Shown here in pieces: positions 9,378 to 17,114 of a stretch of 62,873 bases of DNA. Under the pieces are notes generated by a model. It was given only the letters and a program-made list of their open reading frames with translations. It was not told the origin of the DNA and did no database searches. The position numbers were made by a program, and so were the translations under genes. Origin of the DNA: Aestuariivirga sp. (lineage in GTDB: Bacteria > Pseudomonadota > Alphaproteobacteria > Rhizobiales > Aestuariivirgaceae); the NCBI GenBank assembly GCA_020252385.1, contig JADCDC010000149.1, positions 1 through 62,873 on the forward strand, read 5' to 3'. Position 1 is the first letter of the stretch; each line of letters begins with the position of its first letter.

Positions 9378-9694
9378 TTGCACGGCCACTTCCCGGTGAC
9401 GGCCAGATCCACGGCGAGGAACGCATCATCGCCGCCCCGCTTGGGGTGAGCACGCGCGTAGGCAATGAACGTGCGCCGGAGATCGTCGGCGGTCGGGTTG
9501 GTGGCGGGGCAGTAGTGCGTCCACACGCCGTTGAGCGCACGGCGCCAGGTGTTGCCGCGGACAGCGGCGCGCACATAGCCGAGACAGAAGGACCGCTCGG
9601 CGGGCATGGGCGACTCGCAGATCGGCAGGAGCCAACCGGCGGTGTCGGGTTTGGGCGCCGCGCTGATAGCGGCGGCGAGGGCGAGGGCGATCAT
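9374..9694 (-). CDS. Rap1a/Tai-like exported immunity-family protein
   Basis: Signal peptide MIALALAAAISAA; LLPIC...FCLGYV...YCP...AHP...WPC four-Cys pattern. Confidence 0.75.
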   Translation of the reverse strand: MIALALAAAISAAPKPDTAGWLLPICESPMPAERSFCLGYVRAAVRGNTWRRALNGVWTHYCPATNPTADDLRRTFIAYARAHPKRGGDDAFLAVDLAVTGKWPCK

Positions 9695-9697
9695 GGG

Positions 9698-10045
9698 TTA
9701 GGCTCCGATGTCAAGGGGCGAACAATTCGCCCGGTCATGTTGCTGCTTGCTCTGGATCCGCTCGGCGTCGTCAGCGCCTTCCCAGCAGTAGTCATAGTAG
9801 GGTGTGAACGGTTTGCACTCCTGCGCCTCGGCTTCCCAGCAGGGGCCGCACCACGCGTCCTCGTGGGCGTCGGTCGCCACAAGGTCGCCGTCCTCCCACC
9901 ACTCGTCGCAGCGCGGGCAGCGCGTAGCGTCGAGCACCTTGAGTTGAGTATCGAAGGCGTCGGGGTTCTCGCCGGCGTCCTCGCGCCAGTCAGGGCCGAA
10001 CGCCTCGACAAGCGGGATGTGAATGTTTTCGGGTGTCAACTTCAT
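9698..10045 (-). CDS. Hypothetical acidic protein with two CxxC motifs
   Basis: RCPRC and WCGPC; overlaps the upstream stop codon. Confidence 0.65.
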   Translation of the reverse strand: MKLTPENIHIPLVEAFGPDWREDAGENPDAFDTQLKVLDATRCPRCDEWWEDGDLVATDAHEDAWCGPCWEAEAQECKPFTPYYDYCWEGADDAERIQSKQQHDRANCSPLDIGA

Positions 10046-10233
10046 CGCCCCGCCTCCAGCGCGTCGGCCAGGGCCGCGGCCTCGGTGGCCAGCTTGCGGG
10101 CGGCATGGCGCGCGGCGTCAACCGCGGCCTCGGTGGTGAACGATCCGGTGAGCGTGCGCCGGATGACGGACGCCTGAGCCTCGACGGTGGAGGCCCTGCG
10201 GTTCAGGTCGATAGTCACGGTGCGGTAAGTCAT
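10042..10233 (-). CDS. Hypothetical protein
   Basis: Fits the closely packed minus-strand operon. Confidence 0.55.
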   Translation of the reverse strand: MTYRTVTIDLNRRASTVEAQASVIRRTLTGSFTTEAAVDAARHAARKLATEAAALADALEAGR

Positions 10234-10306
10234 GAGCGGTTTCCCAGTGAGACGGCGAGCGAAAGGAGGGTGGCGAGGATCCAGAAGGCGGCGCGGAGGA
10301 CGGTGA

Positions 10307-10615
10307 TCACGGGTAGAACTCCTTAGCGATCTCGACCACCCGGCGGGCGGTGGCGGCGTCCATCTGCTTCATGTGGCAGGCGGCGGGCTCCAAGCCCAGC
10401 TTGTAGGCCAAGCGCGAATAGGCGACGCTGCGAGTCATGCGGCCCGACTTCCAGATGGGGTCGAACGCCTCGTGCGCATTGCGGCGGGCCTCGTGGGTCT
10501 CGGCGTCAACGAGCGGCGCGTCTCCCCAAGCCCACAGGCCACAGCAGGACCGCCGGGGGCCGTAGCGCGTCTGGGTGACGGTCGGCGTGGCATGGCAGAT
10601 AGGACAGTCGGTCAT
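10307..10615 (-). CDS. DUF3268-like zinc-finger protein
   Basis: CPIC...CCGLW, ARRNAHEAFDPIWKSGRMTRSVAYSRLA..LG...CH. Confidence 0.75.
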   Translation of the reverse strand: MTDCPICHATPTVTQTRYGPRRSCCGLWAWGDAPLVDAETHEARRNAHEAFDPIWKSGRMTRSVAYSRLAYKLGLEPAACHMKQMDAATARRVVEIAKEFYP

Positions 10616-10914
10616 TGCGTTCCTCGCACTTTGGCGATGGCGGCGCGGGCCTGCTTTACAGCCAGACGGCCTGTTGCGATCCAGTCGTCAGTGTCCAGCA
10701 GCGTTGCCAATGTCTCGCAGGCTTCCAGCAATTCAGGCGCGGCTTCAATTAAGCGGGCGTTGGCGGCAGCTTCGCCGGCCCCGTCCATGTCGCCGGCCTG
10801 CCAAGGGTACACGTCCGCAATGACGACGGTGCCACCTGCCGCTTCGATGTAGAAATAGCCATCAAACAGGTCGGGCTGGGCCGTCCAAGGCCCCGGCGTG
10901 TGTTGATCGGTCAT
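10612..10914 (-). CDS. HTPGPW-family phage protein, paralog 1
   Basis: [10 protein letters not shown]...ANARLIEAAPELLEA...ARAAIAK. Confidence 0.85.
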   Translation of the reverse strand: MTDQHTPGPWTAQPDLFDGYFYIEAAGGTVVIADVYPWQAGDMDGAGEAAANARLIEAAPELLEACETLATLLDTDDWIATGRLAVKQARAAIAKVRGTQ

Positions 10915-11120
10915 TGCGTCCCTCGCATGTTCCTGTGAGCCTCCAGCGTCCGGCGGGCGAACGATGCAAGCACGTTGTCAGGCAGACTATCGGCCAGGGT
11001 GTAGAGGCTGGCGGACATGCCGCGTCCGATGTCGCCGAACTGCTCGGCTTCGTCGATGGCGTTGATGAGGTCGATGCGCGACGGGATGCGCGGAATGGCG
11101 GGGTGTATGTGAAGCCTCAT
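10911..11120 (-). CDS. Hypothetical protein (69 aa)
   Basis: [10 protein letters not shown]... with ATGA overlaps at both ends. The longer track ORF is a shadow frame of the pentapeptide repeat. Confidence 0.6.
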   Translation of the reverse strand: MRLHIHPAIPRIPSRIDLINAIDEAEQFGDIGRGMSASLYTLADSLPDNVLASFARRTLEAHRNMRGTQ

Positions 11121-11761
11121 GCGCCAGCCCTCCGCTCGAAGAAGTCCAGAATGTCCAGCGTCTCGCGAGCCTTGACGGTGTCGGGGTATTCGGCGGCGAC
11201 ATGGGCGCGGTATTCGGGGATCGTGAACCAACGACACCCGGCCATGACCTTGTGAGAGCCGTCCGTCAGGCGGAACAGGTGGAAGGTGTAGCCGTCCATG
11301 CGTTCGGCGGCGGCGATTCGGGCAGCGAGGGTGTCCTCTTGGTATTTGGCACCGCTCATGTCGGCATCGCGCAGGCTGGCACCGCTCAGGTCGGCACCGC
11401 TCAGGTCGGCACCGATCAGGTCGGCACCGCTCAGGTCGGCACCGCGCAGGCTGGCACCGCGCAGGCTGGCACCGCTCAGGTCGGCACCGCTCAGGTCGGC
11501 ATCGATCAGGTTGGCATCGATCAGGTCGGCACCGCTCAGGTCGGCACCGCTCAGGTCGGCACCGATCAGGTCGGCACCGATCAGGTCGGCACCGATCAGG
11601 TCGGCACCGCGCAGGCTGGCACCGCGCAGGCTGGCACCGATCAGGTCGGCACCGCGCAGGCTGGCACCGCTCAGTTCGGCACCGCGCAGGTCGGCACCGA
11701 TCAGGGTTCCACCATTCGCCCATGCGACGGTGGCGAGGTGGATGATGTGCGGGTTGCTCAC
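11117..11761 (-). CDS. Pentapeptide repeat protein
   Basis: More than 20 tandem A(D/S/N)L(S/I/R)G units and a C-terminal VMAGCRWFT domain. GTG start after GGAGG. Confidence 0.92.
   Translation of the reverse strand: MSNPHIIHLATVAWANGGTLIGADLRGAELSGASLRGADLIGASLRGASLRGADLIGADLIGADLIGADLSGADLSGADLIDANLIDADLSGADLSGASLRGASLRGADLSGADLIGADLSGADLSGASLRDADMSGAKYQEDTLAARIAAAERMDGYTFHLFRLTDGSHKVMAGCRWFTIPEYRAHVAAEYPDTVKARETLDILDFFERRAGA
11360..11706. repeat. 15-bp tandem repeat encoding the pentapeptides
   Basis: Units such as ggcaccgctcaggtc, ggcaccgatcaggtc, ggcaccgcgcaggct. Confidence 0.95.
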
Positions 11762-11865
11762 AGCGCACCTCCAGCCGCCGCCAGGGCGATAAGCAGCCAT
11801 GCCAGCGCGGTGAACGCGGCGGCGGTTAGGACGGCCTCTGCGGCGAGGCGGATGAGGCGGGTCAT
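11758..11865 (-). CDS. Small membrane peptide (35 aa)
   Basis: AGGAG SD; [35 protein letters not shown]. Confidence 0.55.
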   Translation of the reverse strand: MTRLIRLAAEAVLTAAAFTALAWLLIALAAAGGAL

Positions 11866-11876
11866 TCGGCGGGCTC

Positions 11877-12050
11877 CTATGCAGTCACGTCGGCCAGAAG
11901 GCCGGGCTCGAGTGGGTGGTTGTTGGCGGCGATCTGGACGAAGGCGGCGGCGTATTTGTCGCCGCGTTCATAGTCCAGGGCGATCTCGTGTGCCTTGAAG
12001 GCTGTAAAGCCGTAGGTGATCAGGACGCGGGCAGCTTCGGCGCGGGTCAT
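11877..12050 (-). CDS. Small hypothetical protein
   Basis: AGGAG SD; [31 protein letters not shown]... Confidence 0.55.
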   Translation of the reverse strand: MTRAEAARVLITYGFTAFKAHEIALDYERGDKYAAAFVQIAANNHPLEPGLLADVTA

Positions 12051-12424
12051 TCGGCGGGCTCCTGCGCCATGACTTCATCGGGGACGGCTTCGGCGTATCC
12101 GAGCCACTGGAAGCTGTTGTTCACGACCTTGCTGAAGATAGCCGCCTCGCCGTCGGCGCGGTTGTGCGCGAAGGCGGCCAGGACGGCGGCCCCCTCCCCG
12201 GGCGGCGAGGTGAGTGGGATCAGGGACGATAGTGCGCCACTGCCGCCGGGCTGGCCGACGCGCAGGACGTAAAGCCGTTCACGGACGTGCGGATCCCGAT
12301 AGCTTTTAATCTCATACCGCCGGCCCCCATGCGTCAGGATCAGGCGGGCGGCGTCCCGCTCGGACAGGCCAGAAGCAAGCACAGTGTCGCCGTGCAGAAC
12401 GGTGAAGGTCTCGGCGCGGGTCAT
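12047..12424 (-). CDS. Hypothetical protein, paralog of 12421-12759
   Basis: LASGLSERDAARLILTHGGRRYEIK compared with IAEGLTEAEAGHEILTHDSARYEIR. Confidence 0.75.
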   Translation of the reverse strand: MTRAETFTVLHGDTVLASGLSERDAARLILTHGGRRYEIKSYRDPHVRERLYVLRVGQPGGSGALSSLIPLTSPPGEGAAVLAAFAHNRADGEAAIFSKVVNNSFQWLGYAEAVPDEVMAQEPAE

Positions 12425-12759
12425 TCTACACCCTCCGCGGCGAGCCGGGTCTGCATGGCGTCGAAGTCAGCTTGCGGGATGGCCCCGGCGGTCCAGCCGT
12501 TGAAGGTGTCGGCGGCCCGGACAACCTCGGCCAGGATCACGGCTTCGGCGGCGTCCCGGTCAGTCTGCCATGATCCGAAGACGCATTGAGTCCAACGGCC
12601 ATTCAGCGACTTGCTCCAGAGAATCCAGCCCTCGCCGTCCTCGTCAGCGCGGATCTCATATCGCGCACTGTCGTGCGTCAGGATCTCGTGGCCGGCTTCG
12701 GCCTCGGTCAAGCCCTCGGCGATGGGCTCGCCGGATCGGTCAACGACTACGTAAAGCAT
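12421..12759 (-). CDS. Hypothetical protein
   Basis: ACAGGAGA SD; paralogous to the neighbouring gene. Confidence 0.8.
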   Translation of the reverse strand: MLYVVVDRSGEPIAEGLTEAEAGHEILTHDSARYEIRADEDGEGWILWSKSLNGRWTQCVFGSWQTDRDAAEAVILAEVVRAADTFNGWTAGAIPQADFDAMQTRLAAEGVE

Positions 12760-12774
12760 CGGTGTCTCCTGTGG

Positions 12775-13125
12775 CTAGACGGCAAAGCCGCCGTGGCGGG
12801 CGATGTAGGCCAAGACGTCCGCAAGCGGGACATAGGCGGCGGGCTCATCTGCGAACCCGCCGCACGCCTCGAACTCGGGCGGCGTCTCGATCTCCGGCCA
12901 GCACCACGCCTCGAACTCGGGCGGCGTCTCGATCTCCGGCCAGCACCACACCTCGAAATGGGTGTAGGGGCCGGCGTTGTTGCGGGGCGAGCAATAGTGA
13001 TGGGCGCTCGCCTGTACGGACACCTCCTCGCCGTCTGCCATGCGGATGGCGGGCGTAACAGTGGCCACGTAGTCGGTGATCTTGCCGCGGTGCGCGGCGA
13101 TGTGAGCGTTGACCGGGTCGGTCAT
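12775..13125 (-). CDS. Hypothetical protein with an internal 14-aa duplication
   Basis: TCACAGGAGA SD; SVQASAHHYCSPR...FEV...PAAYVP. Confidence 0.8.
   Translation of the reverse strand: MTDPVNAHIAAHRGKITDYVATVTPAIRMADGEEVSVQASAHHYCSPRNNAGPYTHFEVWCWPEIETPPEFEAWCWPEIETPPEFEACGGFADEPAAYVPLADVLAYIARHGGFAV
12863..12957. repeat. 42-bp perfect tandem duplication
   Basis: Copies at 12863-12904 and 12905-12946 plus an 11-nt partial copy; encodes WCWPEIETPPEFEA twice. Confidence 0.95.
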
Positions 13126-13134
13126 AGTGCGGTG

Positions 13135-13241
13135 TCTCCTGTGAGCGGGCCGGGCTGGCCCTCCTACTGCCTCCGGCCCGCTACCGTTTCCGGCGCGGGC
13201 CAACTGTGGCAAGTAAAGGCTGAACTTGTGGCGGGTGTCAA
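13135..13241 (-). promoter_or_regulatory. Early promoter/leader element, copy 1
   Basis: TTGACACCCGCC..ACAAGTT..CTTTAC...GGGCCAGCCCGGCCCGC..ACAGGAGA, shared with 15364-15430. Confidence 0.7.
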
Positions 13242-13420
13242 TCGGTAGCTGTGCGGTCGCGAAGAAACAGGGGTTTAGTCGGCTTGTTGGTGCGCCAATG
13301 GAAGCCCATTTCGTCGCGGCCAGCTTCGCTAGCCTGAATCTTCCCGTTGCAACTCCGGCAATGCCCGGCGCCTTTGGCCTGGCACGCGGTCGGCTGTAGG
13401 CAGTAAGGGCGGCGAGGCAT
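13238..13420 (-). CDS. Small Cys-containing hypothetical protein (60 aa)
   Basis: MPRRPYCLQPTAC...HCRSC; fills the operon gap. Confidence 0.5.
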   Translation of the reverse strand: MPRRPYCLQPTACQAKGAGHCRSCNGKIQASEAGRDEMGFHWRTNKPTKPLFLRDRTATD

Positions 13421-13425
13421 GGCGG

Positions 13426-13719
13426 TCACCCCACAACCGTACGGGCTCGCCTGACGGCGGCGTGGGCGGCGTCCCATGCCTCGGACGCCTTGCGCGAGCG
13501 CGGCGGCTCCATAGTGTCAAGAAGCTGCTCCAGGGCGGCGAGCGTGCTCGGGGCCTCTGCGATCAGGCGGGCGTCAGATTCCGCATAGACGTTGCCGACA
13601 TGGCGGGGCGCGTGAGCCGGGAGCGTGTCGCTGACGGGCGCTCCGATCATGAAGCCGAGCCACGGCGCATCGTTGCGGGTTACAACCCAAGGGCCGGGCG
13701 TGTGTTGTGTGTCGGTCAT
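13426..13719 (-). CDS. HTPGPW-family phage protein, paralog 2
   Basis: MTDTQHTPGPW...DARLIAEAPSTLAALE...AHAAVRRAR. Confidence 0.85.
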   Translation of the reverse strand: MTDTQHTPGPWVVTRNDAPWLGFMIGAPVSDTLPAHAPRHVGNVYAESDARLIAEAPSTLAALEQLLDTMEPPRSRKASEAWDAAHAAVRRARTVVG

Positions 13720-13724
13720 AGCGA

Positions 13725-13970
13725 TCACCTTTCGATCAGGTCAAAGCGGGCGGTCTTGCCAGAGGGGGAGAACCCCCAATCCTGAATCCGCGGGTTTTTG
13801 TAGCCCATGCGGCGGGCCAGGGCGTACACGGCGCGCTTGTGGCCGGCTGGCCCTTCTCCGCCGGGATAGGTTACAGAGGGGCCGGAAACGTGGCGGGCTC
13901 GATACGTGCCGGCACCCCATTGGCTAGCGGGCCGGTCGCGGCATACGGTGACGTTGTAGCCGTAGGTCAT
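13725..13970 (-). CDS. Hypothetical protein (81 aa)
   Basis: MTYGYNVTV... after GGAG. Confidence 0.65.
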   Translation of the reverse strand: MTYGYNVTVCRDRPASQWGAGTYRARHVSGPSVTYPGGEGPAGHKRAVYALARRMGYKNPRIQDWGFSPSGKTARFDLIER

Positions 13971-13975
13971 AGCGG

Positions 13976-14398
13976 TCACTCCCCGTAGTAGAACGCCTGT
14001 GCGAAGGTCAGGACGTCTTCCCGCTCCTCGTCGGTGAGCGGGCGCGCAGTCCAGGGCGTGCCCCAGTCCTGATACTCCAGGCGGGCGGTGTCGGGCTGGC
14101 CGTAGGCGTCCAGGTTGCCGGCGATCTGCGCCGCTGGCCCGCCCCACGTCAGGAGGATCCGGTATTCCTCCGGCGCGGTATCCGGGCCGAAAGCGGCGCC
14201 GGGCTGATACCAGCCGGAGCGGACTTCCACCGAAAGGGGCGCTTCATGGATGGCCGTTTGCGCGGCGTCGATTGCGTCTTGCGCCCCGTCGCGGGCGTCG
14301 GCGTCATATGCGGCTTGAAGGTTGGCGACAAGCTCGCGGATGGTGGCGAGCCAAGCGGTCGCATTGTCGCGGGCGTCGTTGTCAGGGGTGGCGGTCAT
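13976..14398 (-). CDS. Hypothetical phage early protein
   Basis: TCACAGGAGA SD; PLSVEVRSGW...EYRILLTWGGP...YQDWGTPW. Confidence 0.8.
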   Translation of the reverse strand: MTATPDNDARDNATAWLATIRELVANLQAAYDADARDGAQDAIDAAQTAIHEAPLSVEVRSGWYQPGAAFGPDTAPEEYRILLTWGGPAAQIAGNLDAYGQPDTARLEYQDWGTPWTARPLTDEEREDVLTFAQAFYYGE

Positions 14399-14431
14399 GG
14401 GGGTTCTCCTGTGAGGGGGTGGCCGGCGGCG

Positions 14432-15082
14432 CTATGCCGCCGGGCTGAGGGGCTTCAGGATGGAAAGGGCGGTGAAGGGCGGCTTGACGCCTTCAAGGTC
14501 GCGCAGAGGCATAAGCACACCGAACGCGGGGACGGGCACGCGGGCTGGGCGTCCGGGGGTGTAATTGCTACGCTCCCCGAAAGACACTAGGGCCGGGTTC
14601 TGGCCGTCTTGATAGACGCGGCACTGCCCCCTGCGGTCGCCACGTAGCAGGACCGCGGCCTTATCAAAGTCCGCTAGGTACTCGCCTTGATACTGCGCGG
14701 CGGCGCCGTCCATGGCGGCGGCTTCGGGGATCACACGGCGCCAGTCGGGGAAACTGCCGTCAATCGGCTTACAGGCGACGTCCCCGACGCGCTCCGGCGA
14801 AATGGTGATGCGCGGATCGACCTTGCCGCGCGGCGGCTTGAAGCCCTGCAAGGCGCGCTTCAGGGCCTCGCCGGGGATGGTCCACCCGTCGAACGCGGGC
14901 AGGGTCGCGCGCTCATCATCGGGGACTAGGGCGCCCACAAACATGCGATGGCCGTCTGTCGAGACGGCGAGGCCGGCGGGGTCAACATAGACGCCTCCGA
15001 GATAGTAGCGGGTCGCCTCGCGGCTGATGAACATAAGCGCGGCCTTGAGCATGGCGGGGCGGGCTTCAATGGTAACGGTCAT
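14432..15082 (-). CDS. Truncated DNA polymerase III beta-clamp-like protein
   Basis: TRYYLGGVY, VSTDGHRM, IDGSFPDWRRVIP, YLADF and LMPLR match the DnaN middle and C-terminal domains. Only 216 aa. Confidence 0.75.
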   Translation of the reverse strand: MTVTIEARPAMLKAALMFISREATRYYLGGVYVDPAGLAVSTDGHRMFVGALVPDDERATLPAFDGWTIPGEALKRALQGFKPPRGKVDPRITISPERVGDVACKPIDGSFPDWRRVIPEAAAMDGAAAQYQGEYLADFDKAAVLLRGDRRGQCRVYQDGQNPALVSFGERSNYTPGRPARVPVPAFGVLMPLRDLEGVKPPFTALSILKPLSPAA

Positions 15083-15139
15083 GGGGGTTTCTCCTGTGAG
15101 GGGTTAGCCCGGCGACCTCGCGCCGCCGGGCCGGGGGTG

Positions 15140-15355
15140 TCAGACGTTGACGGAACGGGCGAACATTCGGAGCACTTCCCGCCCGTCTGTGAGGGGCGCC
15201 AGGGCCTGAACCCTGACGCGGGTGCATCCGTGGTCCGCGGTGAGGGTGGCCTTGATGCGTTCGGCGTGCGCGGCGTCACGGATCCCGGCGGCTTCGCTGA
15301 CTAGCAGCTCCTCATGCTTGCCGCCGGGCGGGATTCCCCAAAGGACATATTCCAT
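15140..15355 (-). CDS. Hypothetical protein (71 aa)
   Basis: ACAGGAGA SD; MEYVLWGIPPG... Confidence 0.75.
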   Translation of the reverse strand: MEYVLWGIPPGGKHEELLVSEAAGIRDAAHAERIKATLTADHGCTRVRVQALAPLTDGREVLRMFARSVNV

Positions 15356-15363
15356 TGTCTGTT

Positions 15364-15430
15364 TCTCCTGTAGCGCGGGCCGGGCTGGCCCATGGGGTAA
15401 AGTGCTAACTTGTATTCGGGCGGGTGTCAA
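15364..15430 (-). promoter_or_regulatory. Early promoter/leader element, copy 2
   Basis: TTGACA at 15430-15425, with the same blocks as 13135-13241. Confidence 0.7.
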
Positions 15431-15708
15431 CCGCCCTTGGCGCGGGCGATGGCGGCGCGTGCGATATCGAGCGCGGGGACGGTGACGCCTCGCGGCTGGC
15501 CGTAATTCCCCGCAACAAGCGATTCCAAGGCCGCCAGCATGTCCGGCGCCGCGCGGATCAATAGCAGGTTCGCTTCAACGGTTTCCGGCGGCAACCCGGA
15601 AACGGATACGGTGCAGATGTGGGTGTTTCGCCCAGCAAACAGGATCGGGTATTTAGTGGCGGGCTTGATGTTCCGCGACCACGGGCCGGGCGTGTGTTGC
15701 GAAGTCAT
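15427..15708 (-). CDS. HTPGPW-family phage protein, paralog 3
   Basis: MTSQHTPGPW...ANLLLIRAAPDMLAALE...ARAAIARAKGG. Confidence 0.85.
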   Translation of the reverse strand: MTSQHTPGPWSRNIKPATKYPILFAGRNTHICTVSVSGLPPETVEANLLLIRAAPDMLAALESLVAGNYGQPRGVTVPALDIARAAIARAKGG

Positions 15709-15820
15709 GGCGGGTCAATCTCCTGTAGCTAGGCAGGCCAGGGTGGCCAGCCTTCACGCCTTCAGCCTCCGCACGCAACGGGGCGCCGGAGGCTTTCGGG
15801 CGGGTTGTCCGCGAGGGTGA

Positions 15821-15979
15821 CTAGCGGGCCGGCGGCTGGCGGCCTTCCGAGAGGATGCGCTTAACCTCCGCCATAGCTTCCGCGTTCGTGGGCTCGCGCC
15901 CTAACTCGCGGGCAAGGCGATTCCATATCGTGTCAGCGTTGGGGTTCAGATGCTTAAAGGTGACGTTAACGGCGAACAT
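15821..15979 (-). CDS. Small hypothetical protein (52 aa)
   Basis: ACAGGAGG SD; ...TIWNRLARELGREPTNAE... Confidence 0.65.
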   Translation of the reverse strand: MFAVNVTFKHLNPNADTIWNRLARELGREPTNAEAMAEVKRILSEGRQPPAR

Positions 15980-15994
15980 GGCGCGGGCCTCCTG

Positions 15995-16249
15995 TCAGTC
16001 GGGCTGATAGTCGATGATGAACGCGCGCCCGTTGCCGGTTGGCATGTCCGCTTCAGCGAGGATCCGCCAAGCGCCGTCACCGTCCGCCAGCTTGTCACAC
16101 AAGGCTTGGGCGGCGACGCGATAGGCGGTCACGCCGTCCTGTGCGTAGGGATAAGGGACGGTGACGGACTCGCGCCAGCATGTCGCCTTGATGCGGGCGC
16201 CGCGGTGATTCGTCGGGCCAAGAAAGCGGGTCAGGATCGTTTGGGGCAT
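15995..16249 (-). CDS. Hypothetical phage early protein
   Basis: TCACAGGAGA SD; ILTRFLGPTNHRGARIKA. Confidence 0.8.
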   Translation of the reverse strand: MPQTILTRFLGPTNHRGARIKATCWRESVTVPYPYAQDGVTAYRVAAQALCDKLADGDGAWRILAEADMPTGNGRAFIIDYQPD

Positions 16250-16273
16250 GAGGGTTTCTCCTGTGAGGGGTTG

Positions 16274-16591
16274 TCAGACTTCCGGGACGTCCAGAACGTC
16301 ATAAACGATTTTCGGAATCTGAATTGAGACGTTCGGCGCATATCCGAAAAAGTAGGCGGGGCGGGCCAAGCGGGCGTCATACGCCTTTTGCTCGGCGTGA
16401 TTCATACGGTTAAACCGCGTGCGGCTGTAAGTGTAGGAGCGGTCGCCGGTTTTCTTGTAGGCGGTCGCGGCGTGCTTTTCGATGAACGCGCGGAGCGTCA
16501 TGACGCCGGCGCATGAAAAATTGAACCGCTTATCGAGCGCGGCGGCAACGCGGCCTGCCTGCATCGGAGTAAGGTTGTCGGTCTTGAACAT
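16274..16591 (-). CDS. Hypothetical protein, first gene of the leftward early unit
   Basis: AGGAGG SD with a promoter upstream. Confidence 0.75.
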   Translation of the reverse strand: MFKTDNLTPMQAGRVAAALDKRFNFSCAGVMTLRAFIEKHAATAYKKTGDRSYTYSRTRFNRMNHAEQKAYDARLARPAYFFGYAPNVSIQIPKIVYDVLDVPEV

Positions 16592-16651
16592 TGTGCGAAG
16601 CCTCCTGACGGGGGCGGGCCGCCATTGGCCCGCTCGCCCCGTCTGAATTGA

Positions 16652-16680
16652 TACATAGCGGAGGCTTACAAATGGCGCAA
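16652..16680 (-). promoter_or_regulatory. Leftward early promoter
   Basis: TTGCGC-17 nt-TATGTA. Confidence 0.55.
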
Positions 16681-16740
16681 GCTATTAATTGCGGGTTTTG
16701 TGCTTTTTTATGCGAGGGGGGTCCGGAGGGTTTAGGGGTC

Positions 16741-16925
16741 TGTTATCCGTTGCAACGCAGCGTGACTGCAACGTGATGCATCGTGTTGCAGGTGTTGCAG
16801 CGCCCCTGAAATGCATCACAACATGCAACATGAGGGGGGCCCTATACGTAGTATAGGCCCCTCCGTGTTGCGTGATGCATCCGGCGCTGCGTCGTGTTGC
16901 ACGCTGCGTTGCACGCTGCAAAGCC
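16741..16925. repeat. TGCA iteron-like cluster around a palindrome; candidate replication origin
   Basis: 11 TGCA copies in about 170 bp around CCTATAC-GTA-GTATAGG (16841-16857), in non-coding DNA between divergent genes. Confidence 0.6.
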
Positions 16926-17053
16926 TTTAGCCGTCTGTTAGTAGAGCCTGAGACGGTGGCCAGGAAGGCGCTTAGCCGGAAGCTGTTAGGCCCGGTTAGC
17001 TTTCTGTCGGATAGCGTGTTGCGGCGCCCCTCGCACACCTAGGCGCGTGCGCA

Positions 17054-17083
17054 TTGACGGGACGGGGCGGATGGCGGTATAAC
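17054..17083 (+). promoter_or_regulatory. terS promoter
   Basis: TTGACG-18 nt-TATAAC. Confidence 0.65.
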
Positions 17084-17114
17084 CCTTGGCCACTGATACA
17101 GGGGACTTTAGCGC

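Noticed and set aside
10911-11998. Cys/Arg-rich and other repeat ORFs over the pentapeptide region; CRISPR-like periodicity
   Set aside because: These are shadow frames of a 15-bp coding repeat with no unique spacers.
15954-15969. TTAA-N8-TTAA as a CtrA box
   Set aside because: The spacer is 8, not 7, and the site lies inside a small ORF.
16685-17038. 117 aa minus-strand ORF across the origin-like region
   Set aside because: No SD, and the translation simply mirrors the TGCA repeats.
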